A stretch of 64,000 nucleotides of DNA from Paragordius varius. Taxonomy: Eukaryota > Animalia > Nematomorpha. This document shows, piece after piece, positions 39,734 to 52,196 of the stretch. The first letter of the stretch is position 1, and every line of letters starts with the position of its first letter. The position numbers were made by a program, and so were the translations under genes. Location of the stretch: NCBI GenBank assembly GCA_964247055.1, contig OZ176059.1, positions 1,674,001 through 1,738,000 of the forward strand, written 5' to 3'. The notes under the pieces were generated by a model. It was given only the letters and a program-made list of their open reading frames with translations. It ran no database searches and was not told where the DNA came from.

Positions 39734-40014
39734 AAAACGATGAGGAAAATAAAATAAAAACAGCAGGATGATGAGACAATAGCTAACTAGAGGTTATGTA
39801 TTTTTAAACATTGTCTAAAACTTTTTTGATCTTCAACCGGTACATAAATCTGTTTACACTTGTTACCGCTGGTGTTTACAGTAGTTACCTTTATTAATAC
39901 CAATAATAATTTAGCATCAAAAAAGTTTTAACCACTATGAATTAGCAATGTTAAAAAATACATAACCTCTAGTTAGTTATAGTTTCAACATCCTGCTGTT
40001 TTTATCATCGTTTT
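39734..40014. repeat. Long imperfect inverted repeat (MITE-like) between the frizzled stop and RPS18 exon 3
   Basis: Arms ~39734-39830 and ~39916-40014 (AAAACGATGA...TAAAAACAGCAGGATG...CTAACTAGAGGTTATGTATTTTT.AACATTG...TAAAACTTTTTTGAT). Confidence 0.85.
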
Positions 40015-40116
40015 GATAATTCGTAATTACTATCTTGTTCTTTTTATAGCTACCAAACTATTGACGCCTTATATTTATCATATTAAACTCATATTATCTT
40101 CATCGTGATTTAATTA

Positions 40117-42834
40117 CTATACAATTTTTGGCATGGGTACAACTGAGGGGTGAATACCACCAATGTTATGATCAAAAGAAACTGTGTCATTTAATAGGGC
40201 GGCACCCTGTTCGCTGTGATTAAATAGAGTAACACCTCCGCCCTCCATCATAATGGGGCCAGCAGGTGTTAAGGCACGGGGAGTGAAACAACAAAATCGG
40301 CGTAAAACGTTTGATATGAGAGTAGGAAAATTTAAAGGACCTTTATTATTATTATTATTGTCAATGATTTGGTCATCAGCATCATTGCTAAAATAATCAT
40401 TTGGTTCATTGTTGTAGGGTTTTTTGAAAGAACAAAAATATCGCCAGGAGGAAAGTGTTTTAGCTGACCAAACCCAAAAACCTGATGATATACCCGCCAC
40501 AAAACACATGAGATACTTGGTTGCAAAAATGATAAAACTTGGACGCTCCTGATATTCATTGTATAAATGTGTAAAATATATGGCATGAGGGTGTTCTAAA
40601 GGTAAAATGGATGCATATGGACACGATGAAGCAGCGAAGTATGGGTTTGATAAAATCTTTAATTGAGAGCCCTTAGAGCCAATTTTGAATGGCGGTGAGA
40701 AATGGTCCGATGAAAACAGGGCCGATTTACCCAACAAAAAATCTGTCGCACGGTTATCTGGTTGAATTGGTGAACAGACACGATTAATCCACCACCAAGC
40801 CGTCCATCTGTCATACCTTAAGCGCTGATAGAAAACACAAGCAAGGTAAATTATAGCTGGAAACATGTATAAACAAGAAAATATTCCAATCCGTATCATG
40901 AGTTTTTCCAATCGGTCCGTTTTAGCACCATCATTTTTCATAGCTTGACGTATGCGGAATACACTAATGAACCCGGCTAGCAAAAAAGTTATCCCGCAAA
41001 CCATGTACACAAGGATTGGTATAAGTAAAAAATATTTAGCAGCATCCATATCAGTCAAACCTATGAAACAAACACCAGAGAGTGGATCACCTTCGACCCG
41101 ATGCACAGCTATAGCGGCAATAGTTTTGATGAGTGGAGCCGTCCAAGCTGCTGTATGAAAATATTTTGAGTAGGCACCAATAGCTTCCTGGCTCCATTTT
41201 AGGCCTGCGGCAAGGAACCAGCTTAGAGCCAAAACCACCCACCACATGTGAGCAGACATAGTGGCAAAGTAAAGGATTGCAAATGTCGCAACACAACCTG
41301 TGCGTCGCGATTTAGTTGGCAGCAAACTATTTTGTGCCGTTGAATAATTATTATGATGCATAGTCGCACCCGTGCCCAAGGAAGAAATATCGGTTAATCC
41401 ACGATTTATAATTTTTATATCGCCCAACAAAGAGTAAGGAAAATTGGCCGCGGCTTGCTTAACACCAAAGGGGGAAGAATGATCCATATCATGAATGCTT
41501 TTAAAAGTTATCCCACCAAGTGTTGATGAAGCATACAGAGATTCACATGACAATCGCTGGTCCAAAAATATACCACATACATATATGAGTGAAACAATAA
41601 AATAACAACCGGCAAGATATATAATCGGTTTTTCCGGATACCGAAAACGACTTTTATCAATAAAATACGTCAATAGGGTAAAAAGGGTAGAGAAGAGGCA
41701 TAATGTTGCCCAACACGTTATCCAGACACGAGAAAACCGTTGTTCTTCCAATGTAAAAAACCATGCAGTAGGTTCACAGGGTGTAGCGCAATTGGGAACA
41801 GGATACCCTGCTATATTTAAAATATATTTGTGACTTAAATCATGTTTATAACCTTCATGATATGTCCTCAGCACAGGTGGACAGGCAAAGGGATACACGG
41901 GTGCTGGGGCAACACCGGTTTTATATAAAGGGACGCTAGATTTTTGATTGTTATGCAGTTCATCTGGTTTGAATGGTAAAATTTTGTCAACCTTGTCCTG
42001 ATTAACATGATGCTTTTCCGCACCAATATTATTGGTAAATACATTAAGGGAAGATGGTGGTACAAATTTAGAATCGGTCGGGCCCATTTTATCTTTACCA
42101 TCGTGGTCTGAGGAGGCGTGGACAAATAAATTTGTATCAACTTTTGGACCACCCATTTGCCGAGAAATACTTTCTGTTCCCGCCGTAATAGAGGGAACTG
42201 GCTTTTTGTTTTTGTTGTTTGATGTGCCATAAGTATTACCGATATGGCTATCATCATCGTCGTCAGATTGAGTAACATTTTGGCCAACACAAAGTTCACC
42301 TGAACGCGGAAATTTTTCACAGTTAAACCCGGATGGCCAATAAAAATTGAATTCCATCATGAGCTTTTCGCAACCATTCTTGGCTGAGTAACACAGCGAT
42401 CGGCACGGGGGTATAGGTCTGTCCATTATAGTGCACACGGGAACGTATATGGAGCATAGAAACAGATTTAGATCAGGACTGCATTGTACCTTAACCAGGG
42501 GAAAAAATTGATTGGCCTCTAACCCGGCCTCTTCTTGTGTAGCATGACCCTTAAGGTTAGGCATAATTGTCATATTGTATTGTATACCCTGGCACAATGG
42601 TAATGTAATGGGTTGACACTTGTCATTCTTAATGGCTAAATTATTATTACTATTAATGTTGTGGTTGGCTGATGGTGAGTTTTGATTTCCCGTAAGTGAT
42701 GATGATGATGATTGTTGGGAGGCAAAAAGCATTTCAGCTTTGTATAATGTATCAATCGTAAACAAATAAAACAGGACGGTATAATAAAAAGTGTAGTGGG
42801 AATATGTTGATACAAGTTTATACGAGGGAATCAT
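40117..42834 (-). CDS. fz: Frizzled-1/2/7-type Wnt receptor, single coding exon, 905 aa
   Basis: N-terminal hydrophobic stretch; 10-Cys CRD ([33 protein letters not shown]...[18 protein letters not shown], close to Drosophila Fz); 7TM core ([42 protein letters not shown]); KTxxxW motif KTLSSW. Confidence 0.96.
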   Translation of the reverse strand: MIPSYKLVSTYSHYTFYYTVLFYLFTIDTLYKAEMLFASQQSSSSSLTGNQNSPSANHNINSNNNLAIKNDKCQPITLPLCQGIQYNMTIMPNLKGHATQEEAGLEANQFFPLVKVQCSPDLNLFLCSIYVPVCTIMDRPIPPCRSLCYSAKNGCEKLMMEFNFYWPSGFNCEKFPRSGELCVGQNVTQSDDDDDSHIGNTYGTSNNKNKKPVPSITAGTESISRQMGGPKVDTNLFVHASSDHDGKDKMGPTDSKFVPPSSLNVFTNNIGAEKHHVNQDKVDKILPFKPDELHNNQKSSVPLYKTGVAPAPVYPFACPPVLRTYHEGYKHDLSHKYILNIAGYPVPNCATPCEPTAWFFTLEEQRFSRVWITCWATLCLFSTLFTLLTYFIDKSRFRYPEKPIIYLAGCYFIVSLIYVCGIFLDQRLSCESLYASSTLGGITFKSIHDMDHSSPFGVKQAAANFPYSLLGDIKIINRGLTDISSLGTGATMHHNNYSTAQNSLLPTKSRRTGCVATFAILYFATMSAHMWWVVLALSWFLAAGLKWSQEAIGAYSKYFHTAAWTAPLIKTIAAIAVHRVEGDPLSGVCFIGLTDMDAAKYFLLIPILVYMVCGITFLLAGFISVFRIRQAMKNDGAKTDRLEKLMIRIGIFSCLYMFPAIIYLACVFYQRLRYDRWTAWWWINRVCSPIQPDNRATDFLLGKSALFSSDHFSPPFKIGSKGSQLKILSNPYFAASSCPYASILPLEHPHAIYFTHLYNEYQERPSFIIFATKYLMCFVAGISSGFWVWSAKTLSSWRYFCSFKKPYNNEPNDYFSNDADDQIIDNNNNNKGPLNFPTLISNVLRRFCCFTPRALTPAGPIMMEGGGVTLFNHSEQGAALLNDTVSFDHNIGGIHPSVVPMPKIV

Positions 42835-43480
42835 TGTGAAAGGTGATTCAGAAAATCTTAAAGAGAATCAATCCAATAACTTAATTTTTTTCAATTTGGA
42901 AACGTAATGGATTGTATGAATTAAATGGTTATTTTTATAAAAAATATAGCGAATAAACAGGATTATAGTTAGAAGTAATTGCTGTTAAGGATATATATTG
43001 ATTTATGTGTGAAAGCTTTTTTTTCATCTACTGCAATTATCCAAAGAATAGTAGGAATGAAAAAAATATAATGCTGATCCTAGCTTTTTATTTCTCGTTT
43101 ATGTTTAGAAAGCATATGGGATTCAAAAAATTTTTGGACAAATATAATACATATGTGGCTGGAATTCAACAAAATTCAAAAAATATTTTTGGCAAAGTCA
43201 TAATATCCAAAATGACCATAAACAAGAAAATAACAAAATTCACATGTTTTTGGAAAAATATTATTTTGTGAAAAATATAATAAGCAGGAACAAACCTAAC
43301 AATAAAACGAATGTGTGTATGAGTGTTTACTAGTCTCCATGTAATAAAGCAAAAAAATGCACATAAACTAAACAAAAGAAAGAAGGGGGAGAGAAATGGC
43401 TATCTATATTGAATAGAGTATTAGTAAAAACAATGCAGATTAGGGGATACAAACAAATATGTAAACAATATAAAAAAATA

Positions 43481-43642
43481 CAGTAGCGTATGCAGTAAAA
43501 GATTGTTAGTGCAAAATAATCTTAATAGGGGGATATTATGGATAAGTTTATAAATAGGACTTTAATATATGAAAATTGTCCCCTTGTTTTGTGTTTATTA
43601 AGATTAGTTTGCACTAACAATCTTTTACTGCATACGCCACTG
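43481..43642. mobile_element. 162-bp MITE with TA TSD
   Basis: ta|CAGTAGCGTATGCAGTAAAAGATTGTTAGTGCAAA ... TTTGCACTAACAATCTTTTACTGCATACGCCACTG|ta. Confidence 0.85.
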
Positions 43643-45565
43643 TATATAATTACAAAAGAAATGTAAACTAATTACACTTAAGGGTGTAAAAATCAATGCA
43701 GAGTTAAAATATATTACCAGCTCAAACAGTATAAAATTGAGCTTTAATATATTGTTACCACTTTTAACATGGGCACCTAAAAATCTAAGTTTAAGAATCA
43801 TATATCATTCAATAGCTTTTCCCAATAATGAAATGTAAATGAGGTTAAGGAACTAGAAAAAAAATAATTCTAATTTTTCTAACATTGGCCAAAATGAATA
43901 AATCGCATTTTTGTCTCATATTGGGACGAAATAGAATAGAGAAGTGACAATGGAATCCTATTTATTAATATATAACAAAGATTATCCTAAACGCAAAATA
44001 TTATCAATAAAGATTATCAATTTTTTAAAGGTCCTTGAGGGACTAAGAATCAGAGCTAAAAAATTGCATTCATGTTATGCTTTAAAAGTATGTAATTTTC
44101 ATTTTAACCGTTATATATTTTTATTACACCGAATATATCGCGTTCCATTCAATATATATCATAAATATCCCAAAAGTTCGACTCACTTTATGATTTGGGA
44201 AATTTTTATGCCCAAGCCGGTAGATATAGCTAAAATGTTATTAAAACGCTCAATTACAACTTGGGGTAAAAAAACACTAAATTTAAAAACTGAGTCAGTA
44301 AATCTTTTTTATAAATTTCCACTTTAAAGCAGGTTATTATATAATTTCTTTTATAAGAGTTAAGTCATTTTTGGAATGCGATATATTTAAACTCTAATTA
44401 TATATTTAATAATGGAAGTTAGCCAAAGTCCAATTTTATATCTTTAATTCCTGTAAATCCCTCAAGATCCAAAAGAATCGTATCTTTATCAATATTTTGT
44501 GTCTAGAAATCTCCTTAAAATTTCGTTAACGCGTTTATTTATTTATTGTATTTAATTTATTCAACATAATGTGGAAAAATGCGATTTTTTTGATTAATAT
44601 TAATCAATTTAAAATTTTTGTCTAGAATTCTAACCGCCAATTTAATTTAGGTTTTTATCCGTAAGCTTTGAGCTATCGAATGATATTAGATTCATAAACG
44701 TGCAGCGTAATGGGAAATGAATGAAAAAATAAACTAGGTTTACATAAAAAAGTCAAGCAAAGATGTGGTATTTTTTTGTAGTTATATAGCTTTATGTTGG
44801 AGTAATACACACTTTTAAACTCGCCTCAAAACTTTTTTATCTTTAACAAATACTATTTTACCAAGAATGCATGGTATTAATATATGAGTCAGCCCCTGCA
44901 TTAAATCCCTGGTAATTATACCAGGGCCTTAAATGTCTATTTTTAGAATGTGTATTAATTATATACATTTGCACATGTGTTGAACAGGTATGCCATATTG
45001 GTGGGCATTATATGGTGTAAAGGCTCTTGTAACAATATATTATTTGGTGCTATAATTTTTTTGGTGATAACCAGTATTTCCAAAAGATCTAGCACAAAGT
45101 TTGAAAAAAGGAATTTGAAACGGATGGAAAACAATGTCATGTGGTGCTTATATATATAGCATAGCCTAATTACAGTCGCGATGAACGATATAATTATCGT
45201 GAAAAGTAAATTTTTCAACATTACACACTCGATTTCTCCGTATAATTAAAAATATTTGTAATGTAAATTCAAACGTACCATTTACAAATTAAAACTTGGC
45301 TTCCATTTAACAAAGTATTTATTGTAATCGATTAAAATATATTAGATATGCATAAAATCGGACAAATGCTAAAAATTCCCCAAAAAATAATTTTTAATAA
45401 GATAACCATATACAGAACTAAAAAATATTAGGGATAAGACTAATAGGACTACGCTACTCAATTGTAGATGTCATAATTTAATTCAACTTATTGCTTATAA
45501 TAACTAAATAAAATGTATAATTAAAATTTTAGGTAATTATAAAGGTATGTACAATATAAAGTTAC

Positions 45566-45652
45566 TTCTTCATTAGTCAACTCTCCAGCACGCTTAGATA
45601 AATCTACACCAGCTTTTTTGCAAACTATTGTAGAAAATCTACGGCCCATACC
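45566..45652 (-). CDS. RPS18: 40S ribosomal protein S18, exon 2
   Basis: [29 protein letters not shown]; donor |gtaact. Confidence 0.96.
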
Positions 45653-45675
45653 CTAAATTTTATAATTCGCAATAC

Positions 45676-45777
45676 TTTTATTGAGGTTAATGCATACATA
45701 ATCTTTACTTTACCATCAATATTTGTGTTCATCAATCGCAAAATATGCTGAAATTTTTCAGGTAAAATTAGGGACAT
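45676..45777 (-). CDS. RPS18: 40S ribosomal protein S18, exon 1
   Basis: [34 protein letters not shown]; the five exons join to an uninterrupted 153-aa uS13. Confidence 0.96.
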
Positions 45778-45812
45778 GCTGAAGGCTTATACGTATGGGA
45801 AACGGTGCTTTT

Positions 45813-45819
45813 GAGAAAG
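45813..45819 (-). promoter_or_regulatory. Candidate 5' TOP/TCT-type start site of RPS18
   Basis: CTTTCTC 42 nt upstream of the ATG. C-initiated pyrimidine tracts are typical of ribosomal protein transcription starts; position here is inferred only. Confidence 0.4.
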
Positions 45820-47205
45820 TGTGAACAGATGATATATTATTTTAAAATATTTGCATTTTAGGCATTATACTAATAACAGCATTCTTTTAATTTTACATAT
45901 TCAAAAATTTACAATTAAACTATTCTTTTATTATATATTTACCAATAATAGTTTGGAGCCTTATTCTGTACCATTTATCTTGAATAAATATCCAAAGAGT
46001 ATTTTAGCCAAAAATAATAAATTACTTTGCAAATCAATTTAAAATTTCTAATTAAAACCCTTTATTGAAAATATTTATTGCCAAATTTTGCTGTTAGATA
46101 ACCAGTTGTTTGGGTTAGAATTTTATATTTTAACCGCAATCTCTTTCAGTAAAATAAGAATATTATGGTGCTTTTAGTTTGGCGAGTGGTATAAGAAAGT
46201 TATTGTCACTTTTGTGGCAATCGCTCGATGTAAGAAAGTTTTTGGTAAAAGCTCAATGATCCGAAAAAATTATAAATATATTATTTCAAAAATTACACCA
46301 TTTATGTTTTGGTGTTGGACTCTCTTTAGAATGAGCTTTCGATTGCTAAAATGCTAGAAATTCGGAAAATCCTATTAATATATCCATATTTAATATCAAA
46401 AAATATATTTAAAAAAATTATTTTGTTGAAACTTTAATTTTTAAAATTTAATTACCGATTCCTTTTATATTGGGTGGGGTGATAAAAAAGTCGCACTTGA
46501 CTTGTAAGCCAAGCGTGGCAAGTTGAGCAAGATTACTTAAGCCAGTAAGTGTACACTTGAAGATCGGTGATTAAAAAACACTTAAGTTAAGTTTTTTGCT
46601 TATGAATGTAACTTTTTTTACCACCCAATTCAAACTATGCGGGGAATGTTTTGAAATTTTACAACGAAAATTTATAGATTAAGGTAACAAAGAATAAACA
46701 CCCAATACAATATGCATTTATTGAATTACTCAAAGTTACTTATGTTAAAATAAAATATATTAAGATTTTTTCAAATATTCAACTTTATACCTATAGTTTT
46801 TAAGAAACCATTCGCCCTTCAAACACTCTTATAATATTATACTACAAGTTTAACATAATACAGGTATAATACATATAAAATTTTAGATTATATCTTAATT
46901 AATTATTTTAAGCAACATTAGTCTCACTAAATAACAATTGCGCTAAAACAATTTAACAAAGGTATATTTGAGGGCAGGTGATATCTGTAAAAATACAATT
47001 TAAATTCAAGTAAAAATATTTGTATAATTATATAGATTGTTAAACGTTAATAAACGTATCTACTTTGATAGGAAGCACCCTGAACAACTTTTGTCATTAA
47101 TCCTGTATATCTAATTAAAGTTAATTTATTTTTAAAAATACATATATAACCTTTTAGATTATAGATTTTAAAAAATATCCTTCTATTTGTTATCTGATTA
47201 CAGAA

Positions 47206-48131
47206 ATGTACATGAACAATTTCAAAAACAAATCGGAGCGCAAAAAAATAGAGTTGCAACATATGAAACGTTTGTTAAAATTTAATGATGAAAGCATCGA
47301 TTTTATAACTTCACAAATTTTCCCTAATGATATTATTAAAAAAAGAGGCGGCGCACTATCACCTAGATGTTGTGTGGAGATTTTCCTCCGTTACATTATC
47401 GGCCCCGGATTTCAGAGTGGTGTTGCTAATGATTTTGGTGTAGAACGATCAACCGTAACTAAAACAGTATCCAAAGTAGCGGAAAATTTTTTTGACATTG
47501 CTCATAAATGGATCCGATTTTCATCTGACCAGTTTCAACTAGAAGACGCTAAACAATGTTGGCAAAAGAATCATAAGATGCCAACAGTTATCGGTGCCAT
47601 AGACTGTACTCATATCGACATCATGAGGCCTAAGGAATTTGGTGACGAATATATTAACCGAAAAGGCCGTTATAGCCTTAATTGTCAATTTACCTGTGAC
47701 GGTGATGAATTTATAACGAGTTTAAACGTTAAAATGCCGGGAAGCGTTGATGATAGCCGGATTTTCCGCAAAAGTATAAAGGTTCCTTTTTAGCCAATAC
47801 CAATGCGGCACTATTGGGTGACAGTGGGTATAAAATTACTCTATATGTAATAACACCATTTAAAAACCCTAACAACCTTTTACAAACGAAGTTTAATACA
47901 TTCCATGCTAGAGAAAGAATAGTCATTGAAAGGCTATTTGGTCAACTCAAACGCAGGTTTTTCATATTGCATAATGAAATGCGAGTCCATTTGGATACCG
48001 CAGTAAATATTATTGTAAGCTGCGCCGTTCTACATAACATGGCTAAATTTTTAAAGGATGATTTTGATATAGATGATGTAATATCAATTGATTTAGATAA
48101 TATTAAAAACGATGATGATTGCGAAGATTAA
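47206..48131 (+). pseudogene. Harbinger (HARBI1-like, DDE_Tnp_4) transposase, frameshifted near 47790
   Basis: VIGAIDCTHIDI, YINRKGRYSLNCQ, PGSVDDSRIF, then in another frame LGDSGY...FNTFHARERIVIERLFGQLKRRF...CAVLHN. Confidence 0.9.
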
Positions 48132-48328
48132 GACAATATGGATAGTGCTTTGACAGACGAAAGAATCTCAGGTCAACAAAAAAGAGATAACATTGTAATG
48201 TATTAAAAGCATTAAATTTATTATAAATATATTTGCTAAAAATATTGATTCGTATGGATTATATATATATATATATTAATTACATTTTAATATTGGATTG
48301 CATTTTGAAAAGTTATAATAAATTTATT

Positions 48329-49267
48329 TCATGAATTAAAATTATTGAGTTTATGTTTCTCCAGCAGTAAAACTTCTTTCTGAAGCAGTAATACTTCATA
48401 ATGAAGCTCCAAAACTTTAAATTGCATATTGGCTATAGTATTTTGGGACACCTTTTCTGATTCTTTATATATTTTTTTATTTGTAGTTGGTCGCGGCACG
48501 GATGTACCTATAATATAAATTAAAATTGACATTTTTATTACGTCTATACCTTTAATATCGAGATTAAAAAAATCAAAGTTACAATTGTAGTATAAATGTA
48601 TAAATATATGGATGATGTCTTACAAGGAATATCATCGGCAATCGTAACGATACCACATTCTTTACCACCAGGAACATTAATATGCACTGGATTATGTTCG
48701 TAATCCATAATATCCAACATAACCTTCTCATGGGGTAATAACACAATTTTTTTATTACCTATGTAAATAGGTAGATAAGGATTTCAACTAAAAATAATAT
48801 TAACCGAGACTTAGGTGTTTTTATATTTTTTGTGAATGAAATCACGTTTTGTGATGTTAAAAATTTCGAACATTCTTGCTAATTATTATTAACTTTGTAT
48901 TAAAAATACCCCTTAGCATATTTCCTAAGTCATAAAAAATAATGGGCATAGTGAAATTGCCTTGATTATGATAAAAAAGGGTAAGCCCGTTATAAATAAT
49001 ACCTGTTTGACGAATATCCATCTTCTTCTTAAGAGTTGTTTTGATATTTTGCGACATTTTTTTCAATTGAGAAATATTATTATCTTCCCCAGTGTCCATC
49101 ACGAATTCCTGGTGTATGTCTCTCCATTCTGCTTCACGTTTTGCTTTTGATTTTGGGAGGACTTTTGCAAATACAATGGGATATCTATTAAACATAGGTT
49201 AGGAATAAAAATATAATAAATTTAAAATTTACTTTTTTAGAATTTCCACTAACTTATCTCTATTCAT
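48329..49267 (-). CDS. Harbinger Myb/SANT-like DNA-binding protein (spliced; may be decayed)
   Basis: ATG at 49267; a 48-nt intron (49232-49185) gives MNRDKLVEILKKYPIVFAK...AEWRDIHQEF...QLKKMSQNIKTTLKKK. Further exon-like frames at ~48720-48620 and ~48510-48329 end in a coiled coil (LELHYEVLLLQKEVLLLEK). Confidence 0.7.
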
Positions 49268-49757
49268 GAAAAGAATAGAGAATTTTAGCTAATTAAAAAA
49301 CGAGTTGATATAAAAAATACTTATATAATATTAAAATTAACTTTTATGATTAGCGGTTAGTTGACATGTGTTATGATAAAAGCAAATTATTTTTTTGTAT
49401 GTGTATGTTATATCAATATAAATCAAATACCTTAAAAATTTTGCTTGATTTAATACTATTCATTTACTTCATTTGTTAATTTTTATTGCTAGACTTTTCT
49501 TGTCTTTTTTTGATGAAATTACTCGGAGTGCAATTAGTTTCTATAAAATAAATATTAAATATAAACTTGTGATTTCACATTTTGTACAGCTTTTCCAAAC
49601 TTTCATTCTCTTCACTTTGAATAGGTAAAATTAGCCAAAATTAGCAAATAAACAGACCAAAGGTTCCAATTACATATAAAACCTAAATTATATACATAAA
49701 AAGTTACTAAAATATTTTTTTCTCATATTTTTGTATATGTCAAGTGTGCCCTATACC

Positions 49758-52196
49758 TAAGGTGACCAGACGTCCCGCTTTTGGCGGGACAGTCCCGCTT
49801 TTTCACACTTTGTCCCGCGTCCCGCTACGTTTTTGAAATGTCCCGCTTTTTCAAGATTATATAAAAAAAAATTATCCGTTTAAATTTTTTATCATTAGTT
49901 ATCTCTAAAATCTATATCAATTTTAAATTAAATTTTTTTATTTTTAATTAAAAATATTTATTTTTTTCGAATTTAAATCATATTTTTATACACTTTGCTT
50001 CCTATTCCTACTGCCAACATTTTCAAAAAGACAAATTAATACCACAAATCTGTAGCTTATACGTTTACTTCAGAAAATTAAGGTATTAAAATATTTTTTT
50101 ATACTAATATTTTAGTTATATTACCTGCCAATCTTATCAAAAAGACAAATTAATACCAAAAATCGGTAGTTTATACGTTTACTCCAGAAAATTAAGGTAA
50201 TATTTTTTTAAACTAATATTAGTTTAAAAATATGAGTACAAAAAGAGGTTAATAATTCAACAATGAATTAATCAAAGAATTTCCTTTTATCAAAAAAACG
50301 AAGAATGAATAATTCATAATGTTCTTTATGCGAGGGGGAATTCAGCCTAGCACATGGCGGCAAGCATGATATTACAAAGCATATGAAAACATAGAAACAT
50401 AAAAATTATTTAGATATGGCGGCATCATCTTACAAAATGAGCGATTTTTATCGAAAAACCGCTTTTGGAGAGGAAGAAAATTGGCACTAGCCGAAGGCGT
50501 TTTATCTTTTCATGCGGTTAATCACAATCATTCAGATCATGGATTGTACCTCACAGATTATTCGTACCTTATTCAATATAAAATTACATGTGTCCGTACA
50601 AAGACTGAAGTCATTGTATGCAATGTCCCTTCGCCACATGCATTTTCTGAAATACAAAAAGATTTGCTGAAAATTAATTTCATATCGCTATACTCTGCTG
50701 CATCAAATCACTTGGAAACAAAATTATTTCCCACTTTAATAAGATATTTTATCCAGAAACCGGAGTAAAAATTAAAACTTTAGTACTATTTCTCTCGGTA
50801 TTTTTACTTCAATAATGAATATTCTAGAAAAAATAATTTAAAAAACAAAATAATCGCATATTGCGCTGACAACACCAATACAAACTTCGATGGAAAGCAA
50901 GGAGGGGAACAAAAAATATTTTTCATAAATTAGCAGATAATTTTAATCAAAACATTATTGGCGCTGGGTGTGCACTATATTACACAATGCTATTCAAACA
51001 GCTGCTGATTTGATATCCCTAGATATGGAAAATGTAGTTGTTAAAATACATTCCTATTTTTATATATACACGGTACGCGTTGAAACGCTTAAGGGAATTC
51101 TGTGAAAATGCAGAAGTTCAATATAAAAAATTCTTGGATATTGTAAAACTCGTTGGATAGCTCTTATGCCAGCTATCGAAAGAATTTAAAAAATGTATGA
51201 TCCATTAAAATCCTATTTTTTATCACAGGACAAATGTCCTACAACTATCGAAAAGTTTTTTGAAAGTGATTCTTTAAAAATATAGTTAGAGTTTCTACAT
51301 AATCAAGGTTCTTTCTTTCAAAATGTTATTAAATTGATAGAAGGTGGCAAAATATCGACAATCGAAGTAGCCATTAAAGTTAGTAACCTAAAATTCCAAT
51401 GTCAAGAAAGGTTAGAAAATAATTTTATACCATTAACCATTCGCAATATTATAAATAATTTAGAAAAACAAAGCTTAATAAATCGCCAAGATATCCTGTA
51501 CCATATAAAAATGTTTTACACAAAATTTAAAGATTATTTGGAAGACTGGACGGTGCAATCCAATGATCATTGGATAACATTAAAACCAGAATTTAATTGG
51601 TGCGATATTCAAAAATCTTTTGATTACATCTGCATCTCCCAAAAATTCCCAAAAAGTAATCTTTCAGAAAATGATCCTTTTTCTGGAGAGTTATAAAATA
51701 TATTAATAATGACAAACTTAAATTATAGACTACAAAAAATAAAGTAGAAAAGAAAGTGTTAGAAATATTTTATTATTTTGAAACAAACTATGTTCCATAC
51801 AATCATAATTTTAAAATTGTGGAATTGGCACTATCTTTAACTGAAACCAACGCTGCTACTGAGCGCGTTTTTTCCACACTAAATCAGTTGTGGACATCGG
51901 AAAAATCAAATTTACATGTCGAAACTTTTAAGGCCATTTTATCTGTCAAATATAATTTGACAAATTCTTGTGAAGATTCATATTTTAAAAAAGAATGACA
52001 ATCTGCTAAAACGCATTCCCTCAAATAAAAAGATATACCAAAAAATAAAATATTCATATATATTTATAATATATTTGTGTTAAAAATAAATAAATATTAC
52101 AATAAATTTTTTGTATAAAAATTTTTGGTTGGACCCCCCATGCTTCCCTTTCTCAGATTTGTCCCGATTTTTTCTTCAAAAAATCTGGTCACTTTA
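49758..52196 (+). mobile_element. Second hAT (Blackjack-like) copy, nested in the Harbinger
   Basis: TAAGGTGACCAGA ... TCTGGTCACTTTA with perfect 8-bp TSD CCTATACC. Collinear with 16315-19730 but lacks that copy's 18720-19590 segment; the transposase is frameshifted. Confidence 0.92.

Noticed and set aside
44907-44926. 8-bp hairpin CCCTGGTA-atta-TACCAGGG in RPS18 intron 2; possible snoRNA or Helitron end
   Set aside because: No C/D or H/ACA boxes seen and no downstream CTAG. An Infernal/snoscan run would be needed to exclude intronic snoRNAs.
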